From Lepidodermella squamata (taxonomy: Eukaryota > Animalia > Gastrotricha), in NCBI GenBank assembly GCA_047495785.1, contig JBLDXI010000033.1, positions 310,001-374,000 on the forward strand: DNA of 64,000 bases. The letters are read 5' to 3'. Positions 11,535 to 24,770 of the stretch are shown piece after piece. A program made the position numbers and the translations under genes. Under the pieces are notes generated by a model. The model ran no database searches. It saw only the letters and a list, made by a program, of their open reading frames with translations, and was not told the origin of the DNA. Position 1 is the first letter of the stretch. The number at the start of each line of letters is the position of its first letter.

Positions 11535-12948
11535 TCATTTTTCCCCGCCGCAAAACTGTCGGCACGCGGCAACAGATCGGAAGTTGTTCTGGTTGCTCTT
11601 GCAGGCGGCGTTGTAGTAGAAAGCGATGCAGTCATTGCGGTAAACGTCGTAGTAGTACCTCACCTCTTGCTCCGACTGGCAGTTCTGTCCAGTAGGGCAG
11701 GGCGGACAATTGCGGGCAAAGGGAAGTCGGCAAACATCTTCATTGCCAATGCAGTATCGTTCGCAGTCTTCTCGCGAAAGAAAATTATTGCCATTTCCGC
11801 CTCTACCCTTCTAAGAAAGCAAAGAAAATTCAAGAGAAATGCCTAATTTTTGATAAATAATTCAATAAATAATAAATAAATATAAAAATAATTTTTATTA
11901 ATTTTTACGAAGTGCACTTTCATACATATTTATGTATGACAAAATTAACTTTCATACATATTTTTTTACATAAAATCCTGTTTTTTTAGCCAAACTGTGA
12001 TTAGGTATTGGGGTTAGGGGTTATGGTTAGGTGCCAGGGTTCGGGTTCGGGTTAGGGTTAGGTTTAGGGTTTGGTTAGGGTTCAGGATTAAGGTTAGGGT
12101 TAGGGTAGTTCGAGTTTCGGGTTTCTACGAAGCTCGAGTTTTGGGCCCTTGCGCTTCCCCAACAACCATTTTCATGCGGAAAAAATTGACTACGCTTTCG
12201 GAACCCCGTTTTTCTTTTATATAAACCGAAAACTAGTCATCTGGCATTTCCCTAATGTTTTCAGCTTGAATTTAATGAAAAACATATGTATGAAAGTTAA
12301 TTTTGTCATACATAAATATGTATGAAAGTTTGCACCCTAATTTTTAATAACTGTTTGATTATTTTTCAGAAATTCAAAAAAATTCTAGAAATTACCGTGA
12401 AATTAAATTCCTTGCATCGCATATCGGCAGGGTCGAAATAGTACCGCCTTGTCGGGTTGCAATCGCACGGCTGCTGCTGGTTCTGGCACCAGCATTTGCC
12501 ACTGTCTCGGGGTAGTTTACAAACCGCCTCGTCGAAATCAGAATGTTGAAATCCATCGTCATTGTTGCCTTTTGGAGGAACCCCAATTAAGCAAGTCGCG
12601 TTGCACTCGGCTAATGTTTGAAATTTATTTCGCCCCTTCAACCGGCAGACCTTATAAAATTAGAATAAAATCAAATTTTGATAGACAATTTAGAAAAATT
12701 AAAAAAAACTTTAAATTAATTTTAATTTCAAAATTTAAAATTTAATTAATTGCTGCACTGACTCCTGTCAATTCACAAGCTCCAGTACGATCGCTGTATC
12801 GATAAACGTTGCCACTCAAACAATTAGCTTCCAAAATGTCCGATATGCAATCATCAGGTATCGAAGCAGCAGCCGCGTTATCAAGGAGCAGAACAGCACA
12901 CGAAACCACAAGTGAAAATGCTACAAAGCTTTGAAAAGACTTCATCAC
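11535..12948 (-). CDS. Secreted three-Kunitz-domain protein (exons 12948-12763, 12650-12396, 11810-11535)
   Basis: Signal peptide followed by three Kunitz-type repeats (YRYS...C...NKFQTLAECNATC; RYYFD...C...GGNGNNFLSREDCERYC; RYYYD...C...NQNNFRSVAACRQFC). Two phase-0 GT-AG introns. Confidence 0.85.
11910..12337. mobile_element. MITE-like foldback in Kunitz intron 2 carrying a telomere-like tract
   Basis: ~50-bp inverted arms (tgcactttcatacatatttatgtatgacaaaattaactttcatacatat and its complement) enclose degenerate (GGTTAG)n at ~12001-12106. Confidence 0.7.
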
Positions 12949-15195
12949 TGTTATAAGAAAAACAACAACAATGCTGAAACGAAGCTCCCAGCATCAAACT
13001 GCTGTTGGATTTAAGAATATCACGTGTTTCTCATTTCTTTCACCCCTCACCACAAAAAAATTGGCTATGATTCATCATCGAGGCTGAACAAAATAAAATG
13101 AAATATTAATGCAAAAAAATTTGCTAGCTGGAAAATCGATTATTAATCATTAAAATCGGCTTATATCGTTGTGTATATGTTATGGCGATAGTTTCACTCT
13201 GCCATAATAATATCCATGAAACCGCATTGTGTAAATTCTATTAATCTCAGTAATAGCTGCATCAATTCGAATAAATTCCTTCCATTCGAGGCGATAATAT
13301 TTTTTTTGTATTTTATGCGATAAAGTAGGAAATTTTTCGGTTTTTATCACTATTGTTTTACACATTCTTCGTTTACCGCGTACATCATTAGGGGCGAAAG
13401 TACTAACAACAGCTATCCGCCATAAGTGCTCCTCGCTGCGACTCCTCCATTTTCCAATAAGTGTCGACAGTCTGTGTAATGCAGTAAAATTGGCGCTTCC
13501 GCAAACTATACACTCGCGTAATAGACTTGTTAGTCATTATCATCGCGGATAATCGGCTTGTTGAAAAATGAGAAAAATCTGTTCGACAACGCGTTGTTTT
13601 TGAAGCAGACATTGCTATACGCGGCTATTTTTAGTACCAAAGTAACGCGCTTTACTTCAAGATTACATATAGGCTATTATGTTCCGGTAACATTTTCGAT
13701 TTTCGCACCCCAAAATTAAAATTAAAATTATTTTCGGAAAAATTATATTATTGATACGCAGTGCCAATTAGTACATCATTATGTGGTATGTTTTATCTAT
13801 TTTGTGCATAATTTTGAATTTTTTCGTTCGACCCAATTGTTATAGGTGTAAGGGATTGAGGTTGAGTTTCGGTTGATTTAAGAATAAAATAGAAAAATTC
13901 CCGAAAATTGGCAGGAATTAATTCTATAGTGAGAGAAGACTTATACCCCAAGACGGCTCAAATAAAGTGAGAAACGTGATTCCTAACACGTATTTTTTAT
14001 TTAATGCGCAACCAGGTAATAATAGCCAACCTATAATTAACGTGTTTTTTACAGCAAGATAAAGAGCCTTACTTCCGCTTCTTGATCACCCGCGCGTATA
14101 AAAAATGGTTATTTTTTAATTATTTACTAATCTTGATTGAATTTGTGTGACAAGTATATCAGCCTTTTATATAGCTCAATTAATGAAAGTGCGCTTCAAT
14201 GATTGTCACGCTAATTTCTCATAAAGGTCAATCGATCCGAGTTAGAGCTATGAAAAAATCAGCTATTCGTGATTTTTTTTCTAATAATTTTCCTTTGATT
14301 TTTTACGATAATAGTTATCGGCAAATTTTTTAGAATTTTTATCAAAATTTGATCAGCATCATGGATCGATTCAAGGCTTAATTCTCGACTGCCAGTTCAA
14401 ACCGCAGCTGTATTAATTTGTAAGTTGATCAACATTTTTCCGTTGAAATGCTGCTGTTGAATAATTTTTTATTATTGCCAAATACCGATATTTCCATTGG
14501 TATCATTATTATGCCGCGTTATTAAATTCCCGCGACCGTGTTCATTGAAGCGAATCGACCCCAAATTGCGTCACATCATCAGAGATCAATTGCCGACGGT
14601 AATAAAGTGGCGTAGTCATCCGTTCTAATTCAAATTCAAGCACCATTTTATACACATATTTTATTTTTAAATCACGTGAAAAAATTGGGCAGAAATTGGT
14701 ACAATAAATTTGGCCTCCATTTTTCTATATCGGACATCCTGTTATTATGGCTGAAAAGTTTTTTAAATGACCACCAGAGAATATCCCAGGTGCTGCGGCA
14801 TCAATACACATTTTTATCGAATAATAATATTTTTTTTGTACATAAAACATTTTAAATCTAAAATCGAATCATCAGTCCATATCATTATTGCATTACTATA
14901 TTTTCAACATTATATTATTATCTTAGCGCACGCGCCGTCGTCGCGTCTTGTTTGCGCACTTTTTTCTACTTCAACCGCGCTCATCCTCATAAAATATTTC
15001 CACCATGATATTTATATATATTTATATCACGTATATTACGGCCGCCAAACAAGCTTTTAAAACCATAACCGGAGACATTTTTTAGTACGCCATATCCGCC
15101 AATGCCAAGTTGAGTAATTCTCTGCTTTCTTTCGATGATCCGAAGATTTTTTTATTGCGAGTAATTTTTTTCATTATCCCGCGTAAAAACTATAA

Positions 15196-18100
15196 ATGGA
15201 CTCGGCTTTGATTATTGACGCTATGGAACCGGTGCCAAATAGCGAAAAAATTGCGGATAACTTTGTATCCTCGCTGGAGAACGGCGAGGACAGCGGCGTA
15301 GTGGCCCGACCTCGCTGCTATACCAACATTGAAATTTCGAACAATTTACGCGAGGAAGCTAGCAATTTACGGGCGAATACCGCTCTGCGAAAAATGAGCG
15401 CCGACGGCGTTTCACAGCCGAAAAAGTCTATCATGAAGTCTAGCAATAACCACAAGGCACCATACAAGGGTACCTACCTCAAAAATAACAACGCAAATGG
15501 CGCGAGGTTGAGCGCGTCTTCGTACCAAAGTTTACCGGCTAATAGCCCTAGAACGTCGCGTTGTGACGTCACACATAATGGGACACCGCCGGTTTATTAT
15601 TCGCAATCAAGTTGCCAGCAGCAACAGGAGAAACCAGTTAAAAACCAGTCAAGCGTGACGGGTGGTGGTAATAATAATAGTTTTGCTTTGTCGCTCAAGC
15701 GTGCGTTGCTGCCGAATTGGCTCGGGAATCTTGTCAACGGTGGTCATCAATCGGCGCCATCGCCTCGCAACTATCACGTGTCATTTTCGGACGTTGACGA
15801 TTTTTCGAACAACAGCGATAGCAACAACATGGCTGAGGCGAGCGCGAAGCAGAAGCGAGCGATGATGGCGCGTAATAAGCAGATTTCACTGCCTGAGCGG
15901 TGTTTAGCTGACGAGGATGCGGCGAATTCGGCCATGTTGCTGCAGCGGATGCAGGCGAATGGCATCGACGAGGCGAGCTGCGGCGATACGGACAGTCTGG
16001 TGTCGAGTGTCAACAAAATGCCGCAGAACAATTCGGTAAGTCAGACAAAAATCGATCTCAAAATATTGATTTTGAAAATCCTAATTTTCCTAATGCCTCG
16101 ACTTGAAGACTATTTTCATGATTGTCTAAGTTCGAAAGGCATATTAATAATCTATAAATCAAGGACAAAATTGTATATTTTTTTCCCGACAAGTGCAATT
16201 AGGAGCTAAAATCGATGATTTGAAGCCTAATCCATGAAAAGCCCTGTTTTTTATCCCTTTAAGCCCTTTCAATAGTTTCCTTGATAGTTTTAGACAAGTG
16301 GCTTCAAATGACATAGTTTTTGCCGTTTTTCCGCTTTTATTTCTGATTTGTACTCAATTTTCCATATGGCTGTATCTCGGAAGCAATCCTTATCTGAGGG
16401 TGACGAAGTATGAATTTTTGTTACAAATTGATCTAATTTGCAATTGTTCTCAAAAAAAGACATTTCGCATAAAATCTAATAAAATTTCTGTCCGGAGAAT
16501 AATATTTGCAATTTTAAACAAAATTTTATTAGCTCAAAATCGCAGAAGTAAAGGACGAGGAAGTAGCAAAGGATGTTGATACCAAGTTGAAGGACGCGAA
16601 ACCTTCAACCCCGGTGTCACCTTTCGTTCCTCGGTTTTCTTTCGACCAGGTTCGTTTTTTTATCACCCAGCTTGCTATTCAAAATTTCAGTTTCAATCAC
16701 CGAACAACCACGTTGTTTGCTGTTTTTTTCTATTATTTCAAATTTTTTGTTGAGCTGATTGATGAATTCAGCTTTCAGCTTCTATATGCGACACATTTCG
16801 TGTCGAATAATGAGACTGTGAGTGTGGCCTCAATTGTGGACAGTAGTGATACAGTTTTGCGATATGGCGCGCTTCAAGTCGTCCTGTCTTCCCCCGCATC
16901 ATCACATGTGTCTTTTGATTATTTATTAGCTTTTTTCGCCCTGCCGGCCAGCCGCCTTCCGCTACTTCTCGCCGTGTGTCATCATTACGTATCACGGCAC
17001 AGTATCATCATTATCATCATCAGCTTCCCATGATGCACCTCATCGCCCTTTTTCGGCGTAATGCTATTATCGTCCGCTGATATATTGCACAAATATGGCG
17101 GCAAAAAATAATAAAATTATTTATTCTCGCTACTGCGAAATGATCACATGAAAACGCAATAATCTAGCTGTAGTAGTATTAGTTGTAGTAATATCGCTAC
17201 CACATCCGCGTCGTGGTGATCGATAATTTTCAGACCTCTCCTATGCCTCATCATGAGCCTGATGCAGACATCATTATGTTGCCTCTTCATAAAGGGTTCA
17301 ATCACAGCTGAGGCGAAAATCATCAATATTGCCAAATTTATTCATTTGAACCGGTTTTTTTCTGAGATTTCAGGGCAATCACGGACATTTTTGTTAATTA
17401 AACGGCTAGATATGGAAGGATTCGTGAAATATCCAGATATGGTCCCTATTTCGCTTAACTAGTAGAAACAGCCATCCAAGCGCAATCAGTGAATTTTTTG
17501 GAAAGTTGTATAACCTGCATTAATAATTAAGCATGAGCGAATTTACAATCCCACATTTGCTTTTCACTAATATTTTTTAACAACCCATTTTTTAAGCAGT
17601 CCATTATAAAAGGTGGATTTCCTTGACCCAATTCGCAATCTTAATCTTTGTTTTAAGTTGATTTAATTCTTTATTTTCTAATTTGTCCCCCATTTTTCCT
17701 CATAGCATGCAACGAATGCTTTGGCCAGTCAGAGTAACAGCAAAAAATCGGTGAATTTCGACAAGAACGACCATCAACCGAGGCGTGCCTTTAGTCTGCG
17801 TTTTGGCCGCCACAAAGCCGATCACCACAACAACGCAAATCACATGAAGCCAGCCCCTGATATTGTTGTCACGGGTGATACGGCCGAGGCTGGCCTTATC
17901 GGGGAGGAAGCGGCCTCGGTCGGCTCAAGCGGCCGCATATCCCGTCACCATAAGAGCAACATGACCCCAAGCAGATCAAGCTCAGTCCGTTACCATATCG
18001 AGGCATTTTTCGAAGTTTCCGACAACCGGTTAGCTATGAAACTCTTCGGAAATCGGCGCGCGTTGGATAAGGAAAAGGAACGGCAGCAGAAAACAGCTCG

Positions 18101-20854
18101 TTACGTAATCCACCCTTGCTCGAAATTCCGGTTCTACTGGGACTTGATTATGTTGATGTTACTCCTGTCTAACATGATCCTTCTCCCAGTGGCGATCGCG
18201 TTCTTCAGTGAAGACTTCATGCAACCCGGCTGGTTGACGTTCAACTGCATTTCAGACACGTTTTTCATCTTGGATATTATCATCAACTTTCGCACTGGTG
18301 TCATCGCGAATGAGCCTGGGTCGGAGGTTATCCTAGACCCGCGGGAGATAGCGATCTACTACCTGAAAACTTGGTTCTTCATCGATTTCATCTCGTCGAT
18401 TCCTATCGATTACATCTTCATGATTGTCGTGTTTGTCGACGGCCAACCGATGCATTCTAACACGTCCTTGCTCCATGCAGGTAGGAATTTCTGAATAAAA
18501 GCCCCGCCTTGTTATATGTAGACCCCAAAATCACTTCTTTCACATTTTTGAAATGTATAGGTTTTATTTCCTTGGGGTGTAAACAATTCTATCCTATTTC
18601 GTAAATAATTTTCTTGTTAAAGATGCCAAATGGCGAATAGGCAAGTCTTAATGCTAAATTATGGGAAATTCTCCGAAAATTAGAGACTTTACTAGATACT
18701 TTGATCCATCAAACCTCGAGTACTGTTCTAGTCTTACATTGACATTTGTTAGGATCTGGAGACCCAACTGTTGCTCCCTCTATGATAACCTATGTACTCA
18801 GTATGTGATTGGTTCAGGCCGAGAAGTTTTATGCATCATTAATATAGCCCATATACTAACTCTGTGATGTATAGATGAGATTTACTCCTGATTGAGCAAA
18901 GTTGATGCTAGGAACTGAAAAGTTCTCACTTTGCTATGATTAAACCGCATGCTAACTGAGACCATAACGTTCAGCGTTGATACAATTTTCATTTTCCAGG
19001 TCGAGCATTTCGAGTGATGCGCTTGGCCAAGCTGCTGGGTCTCCTGAGACTTTTACGGCTTTCAAGACTTGTCCGCTACATCAACCAATGGCAGGAGGTA
19101 TGAATTCGTATTTCATCATTCATCCACTTTGGAGTATCACTAATATTATGAATGCTGAATGATCCTGAAACCAAATAACGAGCTTCAATTTTCATAGCTC
19201 TTGCAAAAGATAGAAGTCTTTGCTATTCATTACTTTGCTGACGGCCAGGTACCCGATGAACCCTCAAATTTTGGTTGATTTATTATATCGTATCTTCAAA
19301 CCTGCATTCAATCTTCTTAGCTGGATTCATTTTACAGAAATTCGCCCAATTTTATACGCGAATGCAATTTCATTATAATTTTTTCTAGACTCAGCTTTTA
19401 GTTTCAAAGATTTGGGTGATGAACATTTTAATTCTGTTTTCTTTTTCCAGTTTCTTAATGTGGCGACGATGGTTCTACGAATTTCCAACTTGATCGGCCT
19501 TACTTTCCTTCTCGCTCATTGGAATGGTTGTCTTCAGTACTTGGTACCCACTCTTCAGGGGTATCCTGAGAATTCTTGGGTGACCAAACGAGGAATTCAG
19601 GTTTGAAAGCTAACTCATCATTGACTTTCCCAATATGGCACTTTCCCATTTCAGAATGCAACATGGTTTCGGCAGTACACCCTATCCATTTTTCGAGCTT
19701 TATCCCACATGTTATCAATTGGGTATGGCCAGGACATTCCTGATACAACAGCCGAAGTCTGGCTAACAATTGGTTCAATGTTAGCGGGAGCAACTTGTTA
19801 CGCTATCTTCGTCGGTCACATGACTAATCTTATACATAGTTACGACTCTTCACGTCGCATGTACACTGAGAAGCTGAAACAAGTGCAGGAGTACATGTTC
19901 TACCGGAAGCTACCCCGTGGACTCCGCGATCGAATCACCGACTACTACGAACATCGTTACCAAGGCAAAATGTTTGATGAAACTGGAATTATGGACGAGC
20001 TATCTGAAAGCCTACGTGAGGATGTGATTGGCTACAACTGCAGGGTCCTTATACAACGGGTTCCTTTCTTCGAGAACGCAGAGGCCAGTTTCCTATCAGA
20101 TGTTTTGACAAAACTGCGACCTGAGCTTTTCCAACCGTCTGACTTCATAATTAAAGAAGGAACGATTGGGAAGAGGATGTACTTCATTCAAGACGGAGCG
20201 GTGGATATCATAAAAAGCAACGAGATAGCGACTACGTTGACGGAAGGCTCGTATTTTGGAGAGATCTGTCTATTGACCAACACAAAACGCTGCGCTAGTG
20301 TTAGAGCTGTAACGTATTGCCAATTATTTTCGTTGCAAAAGGAAGATTTCGACGAGGTTCTTACGCACTACCCGGTGATGAAGCGCACCCTGAAAGGGAT
20401 AGCGGCGCAGCGATTGTACAAAATTGGCGAAAATCCTCGTCTGGTCAGCCGGAGTGACGAACTTGCTGAAGATCTTAACACGGCTCACGAAATCCTCAAC
20501 GAGCCCGAGGGTATGACTGCGGTCACCAGACCTGGTGCCAACATTCCTGAGGATGAGATGTTGAGTAATGATGGAGATGCTCCTCATGGCGGACCCCCCA
20601 ATATGATGATCAAAGGCAACGCCAGGATGGGTAACCGAATGCGAAGGCCTACCAGAGGCATTATCCCTGGTGTCAATCGAGATCCGAATCTCCCGTCCCC
20701 AACGGGTTCGGGACAGGGTGCACCCGGACAGGGCGTGGGTAGCCATTACTACAGACACCCTGTCTCGCCTATGACAAGCATGCCCCTGCCGTCTACCACT
20801 TCTGGTGAAGAAACGAATGTCAACGACAAGTTTGAGGACGAAAGTCAGCCGTAA
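15196..20854 (+). CDS. HCN: HCN (hyperpolarization-activated cyclic nucleotide-gated) channel, copy 1 (exons 15196-16035, 16533-16649, 17706-18480, 19000-19097, 19451-19600, 19655-20854)
   Basis: HCN-domain/S1 motif [13 protein letters not shown]4 [32 protein letters not shown], pore HMLSIGYG, C-linker [26 protein letters not shown]...RCASVRA. All junctions are phase-compatible GT-AG; the first two exons are less certain. Confidence 0.92.
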
Positions 20855-21364
20855 ATCCGCAAATTTAAATACCCAGTCTTTCTACCGTATTTAAAGACTA
20901 TAATGTGCATGTCTTATTACTGAAATTTTCCGTCTTCTGTTTCTTTTAAGCCTCTACAGTTTTCCATCATCGCCTATACATTTACATTATTTTTAAGTTT
21001 TATCGATAAAATAAAAATAAATCCAAAAGTGCATCGGCGATTTTCGATTTTTTTTTATCGGCACGAGAGGGGATAAGCTGTTAAGTTGAGAGAAGGCAAA
21101 AATCAGGACAGAAATGCTTTCTCAACATTCTTTTCTGTGAGCCGTGTTTCTCTGAAGATATTTTTGATCTCAAGGTTGAATCACTTCCGAGATCGCTGAA
21201 GCGGAACCTAGGTCGTCATTACCTCACTAATTTCCGAGAATTTAATTATCATCCTCTGAGGAAGTTATAAACGCGGCCCGTGTACCTAGCCTCGTGTTTC
21301 CGTAGTAAGAACACCCTCCTACTCCTGGCAAGCCATGGCAATTTCAAACTTAATCACGTAGTTT

Positions 21365-23474
21365 ATGCACAGAATGATAAAACCGACGTCTTTAGCACCT
21401 GATATTGTAGTTACAGATGCAGTAGAAAACCAGCGCTTGAACTCGACCGGAGACGACCTGTCACTATCATCAACAGGCTGCATTGCGAAGAATTACAAAG
21501 CAACTATGAGTCGATCTGCATCGTTTCGATTTCAGGTGGAAAGCCTGCTGGAAGTTTCTGATAACCGTCTAGCCATGAAGCTCTTTGGCAATAAACGTGG
21601 GCTTGATAAGGAGAAAGAACGGCAACAATCGACCTCAGCCTGGGTCATCCATCCCTGCTCGAAATTTCGCTTCTATTGGGACATCTTGATGTTACTACTT
21701 CTTCCCTTCAACCTGGTATTGTTACCAGTCGCCATTGTGTTTTTCAGCGACGACTTCATGGAACCTGAATGGCTGGCGATAAATTGCTTCTCTGACACTG
21801 TTTTCATTCTAGATATCATCATCAACTTCCGAACTGGGATTATAGCCAATGAAGGCTCGGAGGTCATTTTAGACCCAAAAGAGATCGCGAGGAAATACAT
21901 CAGAACTTGGTTTTTCATCGATGTGATTTCTTCGATCCCAATCGACTATATTTTGGTCATTGTTGATCTCATCGATAGCCAAAGAGCTCACAGTCATACT
22001 TCGCTGATTCATGCTGGTCGAGCTTTTCGGGCTATGAGGCTTGCCAAGCTGCTGGGCTTACTTAGACTCCTCAGGTTCTCTAGGCTTGTTCGATACATCT
22101 ATCAATGGCAAGAGGTAAGCTTTTAGGTAGGGATATTAATTTCAAGGAAATACGCCTCTTTAAATCTTTCAGTTTCTAAACGTCGCAACAATGGTTTTGA
22201 GAATCTCCAATTTGGTCGGTCTAACTTTCCTCCTAGCTCATTGGAACGGCTGTCTTCAGTACCTCGTACCCATGCTCCAAGGCTACCCCGAAAATTCGTG
22301 GATAACCAAACGTAACATACAGGTTTGAACCGCCGAATCAATCGAAGTCTTGAACGAGTTTAATTTGATTCTATAGAACTCAACCTGGGTGAGACAATAC
22401 ACTCTATCGATTTTCCGGGCGTTATCCCACATGCTTTCAATCGGATACGGGCAAGACACGCCGGATACAACTGCAGAAGTGTGGCTTACAATAGGCTCCA
22501 TGTTGGCAGGTGCAACGTGCTACGCTATTTTCGTTGGTCATATGACTAATTTGATCCACAGCTACGACTCATCGCGAAGTCTCTACACGGAGAAGATGAA
22601 ACAGGTGCAAGAATACATGTATCACTGCAAGTTGCCGCGAGAGCTTCGTGATAGGATCACTGACTATTACGAGCACCGTTTCCAAGGCAAGATGTACGAT
22701 GAAAAGGGAATAATGGAAGAACTATCTGCGACTCTTCGCGAGGAGATTACTTCTTTCAACTGCCGCATTCTAGTACAAAGGGTGCCATTCTTTGAAAACG
22801 CCGATCCTGCCTTTCTATCCGACGTCCTAACTAAGCTAACGCCGGAACTCTATCAACCTGGCGATGTTATTGTAAAGGAGGGCACGATAGGCAAGAAAAT
22901 GTACTTCATTCAGGATGGAGTTGTAGACATCATCAAAAACTCGGAGGTTACTACTACTCTATCAGAAGGTTCATATTTCGGAGAGATATGTCTACTTACC
23001 CAGACAAAGCGCTGCGCAAGTGTCAGGGCAGTGACATATTGCCAATTGTTTTCGCTAGCAAAAGCCGATTTCGATGAAATCTTGCAGCACTATCCGTCAA
23101 TGAAGCGAACCTTGAAGAACATCGCTGCTCAAAGGCTGTACAACATTGGCGAGAATCCAAGAATTGTAAGTCGAGGAGCGTTGCCTGGGCCTCGGGAGCG
23201 GCCTATAGTTTACAATGGAGGGCTACTATCTCCAAGTAATTCAATGAACAGTGGCATGATGTTCTACCGACAGCCAGTTTCACCTATCATGAGTGTGAAT
23301 GGATCTAGTAGCATAGTGGGATCCCCGATTCGAGCGATGCCAACGGCTGTTGAATCGCCAGTAACTTCACCCACGAAAGATAGTGATTCTTCTCTACCTA
23401 CGCTATTATTCACTGAAAGTGAGACGCAACCCACAATGAAAAAGCCGATGCGCTCCTCACTGAAAAGTAAATGA
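21365..23474 (+). CDS. HCN: HCN channel, tandem copy 2 (exons 21365-22114, 22173-22322, 22377-23474)
   Basis: Same motifs as copy 1 with high identity in the core. Short N-terminus; lacks the intron found at 18481-18999 in copy 1. Confidence 0.92.
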
Positions 23475-23591
23475 CTAGTTTCAATTAAGATTTAAACCCT
23501 GTTTTTCTTGTCTTCAAAACCCTGTGTTGAGTCGTATCATATACTTGTTATATTTACTGGTGAAAAAATAAACAAAGAATGAAAGATGACA

Positions 23592-24770
23592 TCAGCTTTC
23601 AACTTCATGTCCTGTTCCATGATCATGGTCGCCACCGGTTTGTTTAATTCTATAGGCCAAGAGGAAGGTATAGCTATTGAACGCTGTGAACGAAGTCGCA
23701 GCTGCGAAGAAAAGCATAGTATCGGCTAGCCGTCGCCTCGTCATTGAGTGAGGGAGCTTACGAATCTTCGTCGCGAGCCACAGATTCATCTTTTTCGGCA
23801 AACTCGCCATTACCAAGGTGTAGGCAGTACAGGACCACGAAAAGTAGACGCACATATCGGTATAAGTTCCAAGAAAAGTTTTTTGAGGTTTCCTCGGTAG
23901 TTTTTCGTTGATTTGTGCTTGCAGGAAGGTCAGTGCCAAAACTATTGTCACCATGAATGACGGCCGATCTGGGGCTTGAGGTGCGATGATAGCCAATAGC
24001 TCAAGTAAGGACAAGACACAAAGTGGCAACATTAGGTGAGACATCACGAAGTTAGGATTCCGCTTTATTTGTATCGTAAATTTCGCAGCACTTCGATTCG
24101 CTCGGTCTACGATGATAGTATCAGTTGATGTTTCATGCCCGATTAATTCCCAGTTCTCATCGGGTTTGAGATGTACAGTAACGAACTCGGTGTTATCATC
24201 AATTTTGACAGCACTCAGATTTTCCTGCATGGCGATTACAATCGAACATGTTTGCTGGTCGAATGGGAAGTTGCCGAAATCCATCGCGCAGCTTGAATGG
24301 AACATTCCGATAAGGGTCCATTCAAATTCTATGATATCATCTGGCTCGAATTTGATTTTGAATCTCTCTGAAAACGATTCTGTGATCGAGTCTTCGATAG
24401 CTGTGTTGTGATGGTCGAGATGAGGCTTCCAGAACAAATGCGGGTCGGGGTAGAATTTTGTGATACCCTTATGAGACGATTTACATGGAACTTCCCAGGT
24501 TATTCTCAGAGCACCCAGGGCTGAAAATGTCTGCGCGATATCACTGACATCATTCAGAGCCTCCAGGTAAAGGCCGAAATTGACGGGTAGTACTTCGCAT
24601 TTCCCAGGCGTGCCACCGGGACATGTTGGAGAAAACGCCTCGGGCGACAGATGAGGGCAATGTTTTAGCACTTCCAAGCTGCGCTTTTTCGTCAAACTGA
24701 TGATAAGCTCACTCAGCGGCTGTTCGATGCAGCTGACGGTTTGTATTAGGAAGAGGAGGTAAAATCTCAT
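23592..24770 (-). CDS. Divergent intronless Cys-loop ligand-gated ion channel subunit (LGIC-1)
   Basis: Signal peptide, WKP loop A, Cys-loop CAMDFGNFPFDQQTC, pre-M1 KRNP, four TM helices, M2 PDRPSFMVTIVLAL. Confidence 0.9.
   Translation of the reverse strand: MRFYLLFLIQTVSCIEQPLSELIISLTKKRSLEVLKHCPHLSPEAFSPTCPGGTPGKCEVLPVNFGLYLEALNDVSDIAQTFSALGALRITWEVPCKSSHKGITKFYPDPHLFWKPHLDHHNTAIEDSITESFSERFKIKFEPDDIIEFEWTLIGMFHSSCAMDFGNFPFDQQTCSIVIAMQENLSAVKIDDNTEFVTVHLKPDENWELIGHETSTDTIIVDRANRSAAKFTIQIKRNPNFVMSHLMLPLCVLSLLELLAIIAPQAPDRPSFMVTIVLALTFLQAQINEKLPRKPQKTFLGTYTDMCVYFSWSCTAYTLVMASLPKKMNLWLATKIRKLPHSMTRRRLADTMLFFAAATSFTAFNSYTFLLAYRIKQTGGDHDHGTGHEVES

Noticed and set aside
12001-12106. True telomere or chromosome fusion site
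   Set aside because: Short, degenerate, single orientation, and enclosed in a MITE within an intron.
20324-20758. Antisense and alternate-frame ORFs overlapping HCN and LGIC genes (this one and similar)
   Set aside because: Shadow ORFs of real coding sequence with no independent evidence.
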